A DNA stretch of 63,199 bases, filler included, from Octopus bimaculoides (GCF_001194135.2; 9 parts of 9 records of this genome joined end to end with filler, not necessarily neighbours in it), one strand, 5' to 3'. Shown: positions 23,215 to 34,511, counted from the first letter of the whole stretch. The notes: generated by a model not told the origin, from the sequence alone. Numbers and translations are program-made.

Positions 23215-23385
23215 ATTTTAGTGTTGTACAGTAGAAAATTGTCAGCTTAAATAATGGTGTTGTACAATACTGTATTGTATAGTTGAATAGTGTACAGTAC
23301 TATATTGTATAGTTAAATAAGGGTGTTGCACAGTAACTATATTGTATTGTTAAATAATGGTCTTTTGTAGTATTATATTGACCAC
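23215..23385. repeat. Degenerate tandem repeat, about 37-bp unit, about 4 copies
   Basis: Recurring GTTAAATAATGGTGTTGTACAGTACTATATTGTATA-like unit. Confidence 0.6.
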
Positions 23386-23659
23386 AGTGTTATGATTAGA
23401 ATAGTAATAAACTTTTGTCACATATATTCTTTTCACTGACTAGGGATGCTATTTGAAATAATTATTTACTCTGATTAAATGGTTAATGGATTAAATCTGA
23501 TTATATTTCCAGAAAAGCATAAACCATAACTGTTGCATGCAAATGAATATGACTTGGTAACCTGTACTGTGTTTTCACAAATTGTTTTAGAGGACTGTGT
23601 AATCACAGTCAAATATAGCCACAAAGGCACCTTTATGGTCCTTCTACTCTTCAAGCTGG

Positions 23660-23835
23660 AAGAACGTCAAGGATGTAACAGCTGAAGTGAGAGAAGGCTG
23701 CATCATCATTCAGATGGTACTCCTTTTCAACTGAGTAGACTGGAGTAATATGAAATGGAGTGCTTTGCTCAAGGACACAAGGCACTGCCTGGTCCAGGAA
23801 TTGAAGTTGCAACTATATGATCATTACCACCACCT
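23660..23835 (-). mobile_element. SINE family 3, degenerate
   Basis: TTCAACTGAGTAGACTGGAGTAATATGAAATGGAGTGCTTTGCTCAAGGACACAA...CCTGGTCCAGGAATTGAA is the reverse complement of the family 3 body. Confidence 0.65.
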
Positions 23836-23889
23836 CACAAGCTTTCCAAACACTCTGCACAGCCATGTTATGCCAGAGGGATTATATAT

Positions 23890-24140
23890 AGTCTTCCTGT
23901 GAAGGCCCAAATAACATTTAAAATACTACTACTGATATTCAAAGCTGTACATGGGCTTGCTCCTCAATACACTAGTGAACTGCTTTGTGTAAATGAATTA
24001 ACTTGTGTGTTTGAAATCAAGTAGAAATGGACTCCTCATGGTACCAGGTACTGAAATGAAAGGCTGCAGAGATTGGGCTTTCCTTAAGTTAGCTCCAGTT
24101 CTCTGGATTGAGCTTCTGTCTGCAAATTGAAACATCTGTG
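23890..24140 (+). mobile_element. L2/CR1-group LINE, C-terminal fragment
   Basis: LPVKAQITFKILLLIFKAVHGLAPQYTSELL followed by LLMVPGT...DWAFLKLAPVLW, matching the L2 C-terminal pattern LPV..RI.FK.LLL.FKAL.GLAP.YL and AFS..AP.LWN. Confidence 0.75.
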
Positions 24141-25720
24141 TTGGCTTCTACACCAAATCTGAATCTCTGTCTTTTCAGGAAATACTAGCAGTAAACTGCC
24201 TTTCAAATTCTTGTGTTTATGTGAGAATATATAATTAAGGTATCTGTGAATGTTGCCATATAAATGTATTATTGCTTGATGTGCAGAATCATTAGAGCAT
24301 TAGAAAAATACTTTATGGTATTTATTCCAGTATTTTAAGTTCAAATCCTGTTAAGTACTATGATCAGTGGTATCAACCTTTTCCTCAATTTGCTGACCTG
24401 GTTTCTCTATTACAAACTGTTATTATTGTTAGGGTGGCAAGTTGGCAGAATTGTATAGAGTTCTGCATTTCAGACAGAGTAATATTATGTGCTGTAAAAA
24501 CAAGAGAATTATTGCATTTTAAGAAGAGAAAGGTTGTGTCCCATGAGGAAAGGCGAATTGAAGTGCTTCTCTTGAGGATAAAATACATGCTTGGTGCAGA
24601 AATTGAATCCATAGCATTATGATCGTGAGCCTAACAATCTAACCACTAGGCCTCATGCCTTCATAAACACATATTTTATATATATATATATATATATATN
24701 NNNNNNNNNNNNNNNNNNNNNNNNNNNNNNNNNNNNNNNNNNNNNNNNNNNNNNNNNNNNNNNNNNNNNNNNNNNTATATATATACATATATATACAAAA
24801 TACAGCAATAATAAACATAGAAATAAATATAGAAACAGGAAGACAATGTGGTATACTTTATATAGTATAAACTTACCCACAAATATAGCAAGATACTTCC
24901 TGACCCTGATAATTGTACACATCTTCACACAAATACAACAAACTATTCAACAAAAATTCAATAAAATTTTGTTGCAATTGTTTGGATTGGCTTACAAATC
25001 TCCAATCTACAGTTATGAACCTGGAAACAGCACAAGTGAACTATGAAGGCATGAATTCATGAATGTGACTACAGAAATACACAAAACTATCCTCTTAATG
25101 GAAATATTCTTTGCTGATTCTGGTGTTAGAATGACAGGTAGAATTGAAATGACATAAGAAAGATTAACAGGAAATAACTTCAAAACCTGATATACACAAC
25201 ATATCCATTCGTTTAGATCAAAAAATAAAAATAACTCCACATCACTTTAATAGTATATATGGATTCTTAAGGATTGAGAAGTAACTGATGCCTTTATGAT
25301 GTAGAGTTTTGTCGGAAAAGCTAGTCATATAATGAAAGCAAGAACCATTCCAAACTATGCATCATGTAAAAATTATGAGATACTGTCTATACTAACTAAT
25401 GCTTTGAAAAGAGAGATTAAACCTTTTCTATATGTTTGCATAGAAGAAAAACTAGTTTTTCATCCTTTAAACTTATCCTTGTATCAGATATTGTTGAATT
25501 GTAAACTGAATTAACTACAACCTCAAAATGCATGTTAACTATATGTAGAAAGCTATTTCTCATTAACAAGAGTAAAATTACCTTGGAGTGAACTCCCCTG
25601 AAAAATATAACATTTGTGCTATCTCTATAGTAAAAATACACTATTAGTATTATTCATAAATATAACATTAATGCCATCTATAAATCTGAAGTTAATTTTC
25701 TTAGAAGAGAATACTTCTAC

Positions 25721-25807
25721 CTGACCACTAGATTCAAGATAACCAATGAAATCAATCTGCTCTTGCACCATCTTGAAAATGGTTATGTTCACTTCATAAA
25801 ACATCAC
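25721..25807 (-). CDS. Candidate isolated 87-nt coding exon (VMFYEVNITIFKMVQEQIDFIGYLESSGQ), product unknown
   Basis: Acceptor TTTCCATTTCTTCAG, donor CAG|GTAGAA, length a multiple of 3, only one open frame. No partner exons identified. Confidence 0.2.
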
Positions 25808-27275
25808 CTGAAGAAATGGAAAACTTTACAAACTTAGAGAAATACCAGCTATGTAGAATAATTGAGTTGATTGGGTAACATGGAATGATAACTTTCCCTA
25901 GGCACACTGAGCAGCCCAATCCAGGAATCAGAGCCACAAACTTATGATCATGAGCATGCCAACACCTTAACCAAGGGCCATACTTTAAACATAAGTGTGT
26001 AAACTACATTAGTACATTCAACATGTAGTAAGGGTGCACTGGGTACAGAGGTGGAATAAGGAGGTGGAGATAGAGGAAAGGTACAAATCGTAGGTGTGGA
26101 CTACCCTGAACAAGTGTTAAGTAGACACTTCAGGTGGTGTTTACAATTTATCGCTAGCACATTGTGTTTATTAAGTAGGGAAGGGCCACCATCTGTGATT
26201 ATGGTGATGGCCTCATGTGGGCAAAGCCTGCACCAGTGCCCAGGAGATTGGTAAGGAAAGCTAAGTAATAAAATAAAGCAAATGCTTGAAGAAATTTTTA
26301 GGAGTTAGTTCATAAATATAACAAAAGGTATATAGTTTTTCATTATTTACCTATTTACCATAACGAAATAGATCTTGATGGATTTTGGTGTATTATAAAA
26401 CAACAATAATTCCACATAATGTGGTTTGACAATTCTTGTTGAATGCAGAATTGAAATATGGAAAATCCTAGATATTTATTTGCAACTGTTTATATGAATG
26501 TGTTCATGATAAGTTAATAAGATAATACAAATGTTATATATACAATGTAAATAGATTATTTTATGTCTTTGCATCAGTGGAATAATCTATATTGTAAGTT
26601 TAAATATGTTCAAATTGATAAATGCTTATTGCCAAAGTCAATCAAACAGCCAAATATTTACTGGAGAAAGTTCTGTTGAGGCTATGCCAAGATAGAAGTT
26701 AATTGTTATAAAAACCGAGTGTAATGCAGGTAAACCTTTTCTGGTTCTTTATGTTTTAGGTCTAATTACCTTTTGAAGTCAACTTTGACTTTTATCCTTC
26801 TGGCTTGGTGTTGAATAACTTACCTGTCAAGTACTGGGGCTAAATATTAGCTAACTTTCCACCTCTCTCCTCAAAATGATTTACTTTGTACCCAAATCAG
26901 AAATAGTGATAGGAATGTAAAATGTTTACCAATATATATATAGATATATATATATACACACTTTTATTAAAGCTGCAAAAATCTTCCCAAACTGTTACTC
27001 AGAGTTTCTCGAAACATTGTAATAAAGAAAGAAAATAAATAAAGATGGGGAGCTGCTTACAAAAGAAATAATTTAATAGCCTTATACATTTCATGCACAA
27101 AGGCCCATCATCAGAAGTAAATAACTAAAGAATTATCAATTTATTTAAGGCTGGTATCCGAATAGATTGATAATTCTTCGATTGTTTACTTGTGATAAGG
27201 GCTTTTGCACCTAGAATATATTTAAGAATATAAACGTTGTAAGAAGCTCTCTGTCTTTACTTATATATAAAGATA

Positions 27276-28040
27276 CAAGGTCTGATCAATAAGTATTCAG
27301 ACTGTTGCCATAATAAGAAAGCTAAAGCACACAGAGTAAAGCTGCTTGGCAAAGGTTGACCTTGAACTCTGCTGTGCATGTGCACTAAGTTTTAACATTC
27401 TAGCTCAGAGGCTTACGCAAAGTTACAGAAAGTGTATGGAGAAGAGTGTATGAGCTGCACACAAGTGTACAAGTGGTTCAGACGTTTCCAAGATGACCAA
27501 AAAAATATCGATATTGAGACCCACAACCAGCAGAATTGAGAAAAACATCACAGATATGCATGCAGCTGTGATGGGAATCTGAGTTATCAGAGGGTGTGAA
27601 GATTAATTATGGTTGAGTTCAGTCCATTATCACTGAAGATTTGGGTATGAGATGTGTATCTGCCAAGTTTGTGTCAAAACTGCTTTCAGCTGACCAAAAA
27701 GACACTCGGGTTTCAGTTTCACAAGATCTCTTTGATTGTGTTGAGAACAATGAAAACTTTTTGAAAACTTTGTGTAGGTCTTTGAGCAGGTATCACCAAA
27801 TTTTTGACAAAATTTCATGCAGATTCTCTGCTCAGCTTTCTTTGTCATGGTCAATGCGATAAACAAATACTACACATGTTACTTCCAAGCACTGCTGTAA
27901 ATAGCAGAAGCAAGCTAGAATGTTAAAACTTACTGCACATGCACAACAGTTCAAGGTCAATCTGTGCCAAGTGGCTTTACTCTGTGTGCTTTAGCTTCAT
28001 TACTATGACAACAGTCTGGATACTTATTGATCATACCATG
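27276..28040. mobile_element. Rearranged mariner element with two 5' ends
   Basis: TA|CAAGGTCTGATCAATAAGTATTCAGACTGTTG at left and its reverse complement at about 28005-28040. Plus-strand transposase pieces EAYAKLQKVYGEECMSCTQVYKWFRRF and GMRCVSAKFVSKLL; minus-strand N-terminus MTKKAEQRICMKFCQKFG. Confidence 0.8.
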
Positions 28041-28268
28041 TGGCTGTTGCCAGTACCGCCTGACTGGCCTTCGTGCGGGTGACACGTAAAAGCACCCACT
28101 ACACTCTCTGAGTGGTTGGCATTAGGAAGGGCATCCAGCTGTAGAAACTCTGCCAAATCAGATTGAAGCCTGGTGTTGCAATCCGGTTTCACCAGTCCTC
28201 AGTCAAATCGTCCAACCCATGCTAGCATGGAAAGCGGACGTTAAACGATGATGATGATGATGATGATG
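28041..28268 (+). mobile_element. RTE 3'-end fragment with (GAT)n tail
   Basis: CGTGCGGGTGACACGTAAAAGCACCCACTACACTCTCTGAGTGGTTGGCATTAGGAAGGGCATCCAGC...GGACGTTAAACGATGATGATGATG. Confidence 0.8.
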
Positions 28269-28525
28269 TATATATACATACACATATAATTAAAATGGGC
28301 ACAGAAAACAATGATATTTCGAACAATTCATTATGTATGTTTCAATAATCCTTTACAAATCATTTTCATCAGATGAAAAATATCAAATTATCAAAATGTA
28401 GCTCTTCTTATCCTGTCTCCATAATTATGTCATTTTATACAGTGTACTAAGTAAGCATGGGAGTTTCATGTGGCTTCTATATCTAGTCCCAGCTGTATAA
28501 CTTGTGTATTTTACAAAATCACTAA

Positions 28526-28526
28526 G

Positions 28527-28558
<32 letters not shown>

Positions 28559-28580
28559 TGTATGTATGTATGTACGTATG
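28526..28580. repeat. (TATG)n microsatellite
   Basis: Direct run; forms the 3' flank of the R4-like copy B1. Confidence 0.95.
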
Positions 28581-28933
28581 TTCATTCGTTCATTCTCTTA
28601 TTAATTTAGAGTAAATTTTGGCCAGCCACCTACTTGGTAGCAAGTTTGTGAAGGAAAGCATCTTACTTTGTTCATCAACCTTTAGGTCCTGCAGATTTTT
28701 ATAGTCCCAGATATCATGATCCTTTGTAGTATATGGATTAAGGATCTCCGTTATTTCCCCAAGAACCCACGTTCAGCCATTCTTTGCTGCAGACAGGTTG
28801 GTATGTATCCCATTGCTCCAATAATAATGAGTATGAAGCTGAAAGTGTATCTTGGGTACTGGATTTGAAAATTCCTTATTAATCGTTCATAGATGTGCTC
28901 TTTCTCTTGTATTTTTTTAACTTTGTATTTTTT
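28581..28933 (-). mobile_element. R4/Dong-type LINE, 5'-truncated copy B1 (REL C-terminus and 3' UTR)
   Basis: KIQEKEHIYERLIRNFQIQYPRYTFSFILIIIGAMGYIP, then LIHILQRIMISGTIKICRT*. Bounded by (TATG)n on both sides. Confidence 0.75.
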
Positions 28934-28947
28934 GTATGTATGTATGT

Positions 28948-29060
28948 TATCAATCAGTTTCATTTCTGTATTTCTTGTCAATAGAGAAAAAGCCAGACTC
29001 TAACATAGATTCAAGGCTCCTTCATTGGAACTTTTATCAACATCATCTAGGTATTTGTGC

Positions 29061-29098
<38 letters not shown>

Positions 29099-29433
29099 TT
29101 TGGTGTTAGTGTATGCGCAGATTTGTATGTTTGTTTTATGGATGCATTTTTATGTATATATTTTCATGTCTAGATGCATGNNNNNNNNNNTTGGAAAGTT
29201 TTACATATCTTTACAGTTCCATCGATGGCTTGAATCTGTAGTCTTCTAATCAGCTTTTTCTTTCAGGTTTTGAGAACCCTAATTTTTCCAGATTTTTGTC
29301 GAGGCAGTTCGTTACATATCCCAATGCCCCAACAATCACGGGTATGAATCTGAACTTGTAGTCTGGGTGGAGTATCTGCAAATTTCTCAGTAGCTCGGCG
29401 TAGTTGTTCTCTTTTTCTCGAATCTTTAGTGAG
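28948..29433 (-). mobile_element. R4/Dong-type LINE, 5'-truncated copy A1 (REL C-terminus and 3' UTR)
   Basis: KIREKENNYAELLRNLQILHPDYKFRFIPVIVGALGYV...LEKLGF, then LIRRLQIQAIDGTVKICKTFQ. The 3' UTR is nearly identical to 49225-49440. (TATG)n at 28934-28947 and 29434-29475. Confidence 0.8.
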
Positions 29434-29710
29434 ATGTATGTATGTATGTATGTATGTATGTATGTATGTATGTATATATATGTGAGTATGCGTTTATACA
29501 CACACTGTACATTGTGCTTATATGGCAAAAAAGATGTATGACATTGTTTCTCAATTTGAAGTATTTAGATTACATTTTACATTTGCTGCACAAGATTCTT
29601 GATGTAAAATATTGTATTAAAACAAATGTTGTATCTGGGAAGGATCATTTTTCCAAATAAAAACACATGATGTTTCTATTTCATTGCTTCATTATCATTA
29701 TCATTCATAA

Positions 29711-29914
29711 GGTGGTAAGCTGGCAGAATCATTAGCATGCTGAACAAAATGCTTTGCAGCATTTCGTCCATCTTTACGTTCTGAGTTCAAATACTGCCAA
29801 GGTCAACTTTGCCTTTCATCCTTTTGGGGTCGATAAAACAAGTACCATTCAATATTGGGTCGATGTAATTGACTTATTCCCTCCCCTGAACTTACTAGCC
29901 TTGTGCCAAAATTT
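29711..29914 (+). mobile_element. SINE family 2
   Basis: GGTGGTAAGCTGGCAGAATCATTAGC...GAGTTCAAATACTGCC...GCCTTTCATCCTTTTGGGGTCGATAAA; colinear with 40927-41160. Confidence 0.85.
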
Positions 29915-30563
29915 NNNNNNNNNNNNNNNNNNNNNNNNNNNNNNNNNNNNNNNNNNNNNNNNNNNNNNNNNNNNNNNNNNNNNNNNNNNNNNNNNNNNNN
30001 NNNNNNNNNNNNNNNNNNNNNNNNNNNNNNNNNNNNNNNNNNNNNNNNNNNNNNNNNNNNNNNNNNNNNNNNNNNNNNNNNNNNNNNNNNNNNNNNNNNN
30101 NNNNNNNNNNNNNNNNNNNNNNNNNNNNNNNNNNNNNNNNNNNNNNNNNNNNNNNNNNNNNNNNNNNNNNNNNNNNNNNNNNNNNNNNNNNNNNNNNNNN
30201 NNNNNNNNNNNNNNNNNNNNNNNNNNNNNNNNNNNNNNNNNNNNNNNNNNNNNNNNNNNNNNNNNNNNNNNNNNNNNNNNNNNNNNNNNNNNNNNNNNNN
30301 NNNNNNNNNNNNNNNNNNNNNNNNNNNNNNATTGAAAAAATGATGCTTCCGAAGTCTAAAATTTAAAGGGCTAAACCAAAAACAAAAAGCCTTAAAAAAA
30401 ACTAAAAAATCAAATTAAAGCAAAAGAAAACTGAATGTATAACTTCAAATTGTAATTAAAATTCTTATCAAAGTTTAATTCTAAAATGACTATGAAATTT
30501 GATGTTAAGTAAAACTTTTTTAATGTTTACTTTGCTCTTTTTTTAATATTTTGATTTTATTTT

Positions 30564-30602
<39 letters not shown>

Positions 30603-30892
30603 AAAAAAAATCTCTATGTTGTTTCAATAAATAACTTAACCAATTGATAAATTGGAATCAAAAATAAAACATACCACAAAGAAAGAAAGAAATAAGTGCT
30701 GAGATCAATATGATTTACTAAAACTGCTGAAGCTGGTGCTGTAGCATGGCCACAGTCTAATGACTGAAATTAGTCAAAGAATAAAAGTATACACATAAAC
30801 TACACAATATAATAGTTGTATTCACACATGGCAGATGAATCTGTTGTTTGTAGACAATGAACACTTCACTTGTTGAATCAACTGAACTACAT

Positions 30893-31110
30893 TATCATCA
30901 TTGTTTAACATGTTTTCCATACTGGCAGGAGCTGGACAGTTTGACAGGAGCTGTCCAGGCACTAATTATCTGTTTTGGCATGGCTTCTACACCTAGATGC
31001 CCTTCCTAATGCCAACCACTTTACAGAGTTTGCTGGGTGCTTTTTCATGTGCCACCAGCACAAGTGCATTGTATGTCACACTGATATGAGTGTATTCTAT
31101 GAGGCACCAG
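30893..31110 (-). mobile_element. RTE 3'-end fragment
   Basis: (ATC)n tail then GATGCCCTTCCTAATGCCAACCAC...GGGTGCTTTTTCATGTGCCACCAGCAC. Confidence 0.7.
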
Positions 31111-31399
31111 TACCTGCAATACAAAGATCTTTCAGCTGGGAGAGGGAGTGGGGATATGACCATGCAATTGGCTGAGTATACTACAAACACTTTTGTACAT
31201 TTAATGTAATTTTCTGACAGAATCAGCATGACTGTGTTTGTGACATGGATGGTTATGTAAATTACAAGTATAGCCTTCACAGTATCCTTCTGATAAAGTT
31301 CGTAAGGAAAGCATGGATCAATCTGAAGTTATAGTAAAAGACAGTTGCTCAAGATGCTGTTATGCAATGAGATTGAACCTGGGAATACAAGATTGCAGA

Positions 31400-31570
31400 G
31401 CATACTTGTTAACTCATCAACTCCATTGACAATCCCTTTCCACACTACATGGTCTTGCATTGCTGTGTTCAGATCTCTAATATCCAGCCCTGAGTCCCAA
31501 GATATAGATCTGGAAATGTCAGTTTCCTGGAGAAAACACTTCCAGAGGAATGCCATAGGAGCAGGGATGA
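31400..31570 (-). mobile_element. Degenerate RTE-like LINE C-terminal fragment
   Basis: DSGLDIRDLNTAMQDHVVWKGIV resembles the D.GL...L...M.DR..W end of RTE-type ORFs. Confidence 0.4.
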
Positions 31571-31582
31571 GATAACCTCTTT

Positions 31583-31796
31583 TTCTTATTTCTTTATTGC
31601 CCACAAGGGGCTAAACATAGAGGGGACAAACAAGGACAGACAAAGGGATTAAGTCAATTACATCGACCCCAGTGTGTAACTGGTACTTAATTTATCGACC
31701 CCAAAAGGATGAAAGGCAAAGTCAGCCTTGGCGGAATTTGAACCCAGAACGTAACAGCAGACGAAACACCCAGCGTGCTAACATTTCTGCCAGCTC
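31583..31796 (-). mobile_element. SINE family 2
   Basis: Reverse-complement match to 40927-41160, including the TTTGTCTGTCCTTGTTTGTCCCCTCTATG 3' part. Confidence 0.88.
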
Positions 31797-31967
31797 TTTT
31801 TCTGCTCAATGACAGTGGCTAGCAAATTGTAGCCATTTCTGCTTTTCGTTAACTACTTGGCCATGCCTGCACTCCCTAACACATGTTTATTGCATTAACA
31901 TATTTAACATGTGATACATACTCATAGGAGTGTTCAAATCAATGTGATTGTTCGACCTGCTAGAAAT

Positions 31968-32136
31968 CATCATCATCATCATCATTTAATGTCCGTTTTC
32001 CATATTGGCATGGGTTAGATGGTTTGACTGGAGACAATAAGTTGGAGAGCTGCACCAGCTCCAGTTTGTTTTGGCTTGGTTTCTATGGCTGGATGCCCTT
32101 CCTAATACCAACCATACCACAGAGTGTATGAGTGTC
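31968..32136 (-). mobile_element. RTE 3'-end fragment
   Basis: (CAT)n TTTAATGTCCGTTTTCCAT...GGATGCCCTTCCTAATACCAACC. Confidence 0.75.
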
Positions 32137-32311
32137 TTTTACATGTCATCAGCACGGGTGCCTTTTACATGTCACCAGCACAAGTGTCTCTTACGTGTCA
32201 CTAGCACAGGTATCTTTTACATGTCAACAGCATGGGTGCCTTTTATGTGTCACCAACATGGGTGTCATCCATGTGTCACTGGCATGGGTGCCATTCATGT
32301 ATCACCAGCAC
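32137..32311. repeat. 26-bp minisatellite, 6.7 copies
   Basis: Units start at 32137, 32163, 32189, 32215, 32241, 32267 and 32293; consensus about TTTTACRTGTCACCAGCAYGGGTGCC. Confidence 0.9.
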
Positions 32312-32974
32312 TAACAACAAAATTTACCTAAAATCTCATCCTACTAAGTCTGCTTAATTAGGACAGCCCTGAGGCTCAGACAGCAACAAAAACAGCTACC
32401 ACAATAGTAACAACAACAACAACAACAACAGTTAAAACCACAGCAGCAGCTGCAGTAACAATAAAATGGCAACAACAACAACACTAACAACACTCATCCA
32501 AACATACATATAGATAGATATCTACATGCAAAAACACATCATATACACACCCATTTGTAGATGTTTACACCCATAGTCAAACATATCAGTATGTATATAC
32601 AGATATCCACCCACAAACACATACTGTGTACACACAAGCATAAACATGCCCACACATGCATAAACATACAAATAGGCACACAAACATAAAGGCAAACAAG
32701 TAAATGTACACACACATACACACAAAATACACACACAGACACAAAACACAAGCACATATTAACATATACTCCTACATGTACAGACATAATTATACCACAT
32801 ATAAATATATGTGTGCACATACACATGTACACAAAAGCTGAGACAAACACATACACACAAACACATAAACACTAATATATGCATTCACATGCATCCCTCC
32901 TGCAAATGATTATACAAATTCATACACCAACAAATGTAGAGACAAACATACACATAACACATAGAGAAACACTC

Positions 32975-33090
32975 ACATATATTTGTTGGCCCTCCGTCGC
33001 TTACGACGTCGAGGGTTCCAGTTGATCCGATCAACAGAACAGCCTTTAGGTGTTTTCGCTCAATAAACACTCACAACGCCCAGTCTGGGA
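32975..33090 (-). mobile_element. SINE family 4, body and 3' part
   Basis: Reverse complement TCCCAGACTGGGCGTTGTGAGTGTTTATTGAGCGAAAACACCTA overlaps the sequence of 42325-42432. Confidence 0.7.
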
Positions 33091-33943
33091 NNNNNNNNNN
33101 NNNNNNNNNNNNNNNNNNNNNNNNNNNNNNNNNNNNNNNNNNNNNNNNNNNNNNNNNNNNNNNNNNNNNNNNNNNNNNNNNNNNNNNNNNNNNNNNNNNN
33201 NNNNNNNNNNNNNNNNNNNNNNNNNNNNNNNNNNNNNNNNNNNNNNNNNNNNNNNNNNNNNNNNNNNNNNNNNNNNNNNNNNNNNNNNNNNNNNNNNNNN
33301 NNNNNNNNNNNNNNNNNNNNNNNNNNNNNNNNNNNNNNNNNNNNNNNNNNNNNNNNNNNNNNNNNNNNNNNNNNNNNNNNNNNNNNNNNNNNNNNNNNNN
33401 NNNNNNNNNNNNNNNNNNNNNNNNNNNNNNNNNNNNNNNNNNNNNNNNNNNNNNNNNNNNNNNNNNNNNNNNNNNNNNNNNNNNNNNNNNNNNNNNNNNN
33501 NNNNNNNNNNNNNNNNNNNNNNNNNNNNNNNNNNNNNNNNNNNNNNNNNNNNNNNNNNNNNNNNNNNNNNNNNNNNNNNNNNNNNNNNNNNNNNNNNNNN
33601 NNNNNNNNNNNNNNNNNNNNNNNNNNNNNNNNNNNNNNNNNNNNNNNNNNNNNNNNNNNNNNNNNNNNNNNNNNNNNNNNNNNNNNNNNNNNNNNNNNNN
33701 NNNNNNNNNNNNNNNNNNNNNNNNNNNNNNNNNNNNNNNNNNNNNNNNNNNNNNNNNNNNNNNNNNNNNNNNNNNNNNNNNNNNNNNNNNNNNNNNNNNN
33801 NNNNNNNNNNNNNNNNNNNNNNNNNNNNNNNNNNNNNNNNNNNNNNNNNNNNNNNNNNNNNNNNNNNNNNNNNNNNNNNNNNNNNNNNNNNNNNNNNNNN
33901 NNNNNNNNNNNNNNNNNNNNNNNNNNNNNNNNNNNNNNNNNNN

Positions 33944-33995
<52 letters not shown>

Positions 33996-34226
33996 CAATT
34001 CATTCTAGAATAAATAAATATATAGTTATAAGTCTCTAAAATGTCTAAAATGCAAGGTAAAATAAAGTATACAGACATATACGATATAAACTTCAGAAAT
34101 ATTTTAAACATTCATGATATTTCTGAAGTTTATATCATTGTATATGTCTGTATACTTTATTTTACCTTACTTTTTACACACTTTAGAGACTGAAAACTAT
34201 ATATTTATTGATTCTAGAGTGAATTG

Positions 34227-34258
<32 letters not shown>
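33944..34258. repeat. Large imperfect palindrome (about 315 bp) with (TG)n/(CA)n outer arms
   Basis: 33995-34102 is the reverse complement of about 34118-34228 (e.g. AAGGTAAAATAAAGTATACAGACATATAC / GTATATGTCTGTATACTTTATTTTACCTT); 15-nt central spacer. Confidence 0.9.
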
Positions 34259-34261
<3 letters not shown>

Positions 34262-34511
34262 TAAATCTTGCGTTGGATATACGGTATTGTTCCTGTGGTA
34301 TTCCACCCTTATGTATCCATTCTTACTATAATGTGAATTCTAGCTCATGCTGAGCACTTCAACTCTAGCCCGTTTTTATGTATTGTTATATTAACAATAT
34401 ATAATTATACAAAAAAATTACAGCTTATATACCTACATATACATACATTCCTATAATTTTAAACACATAACTCATAGATGTATACTTTTGTAATATATTA
34501 CAGTTATACAA

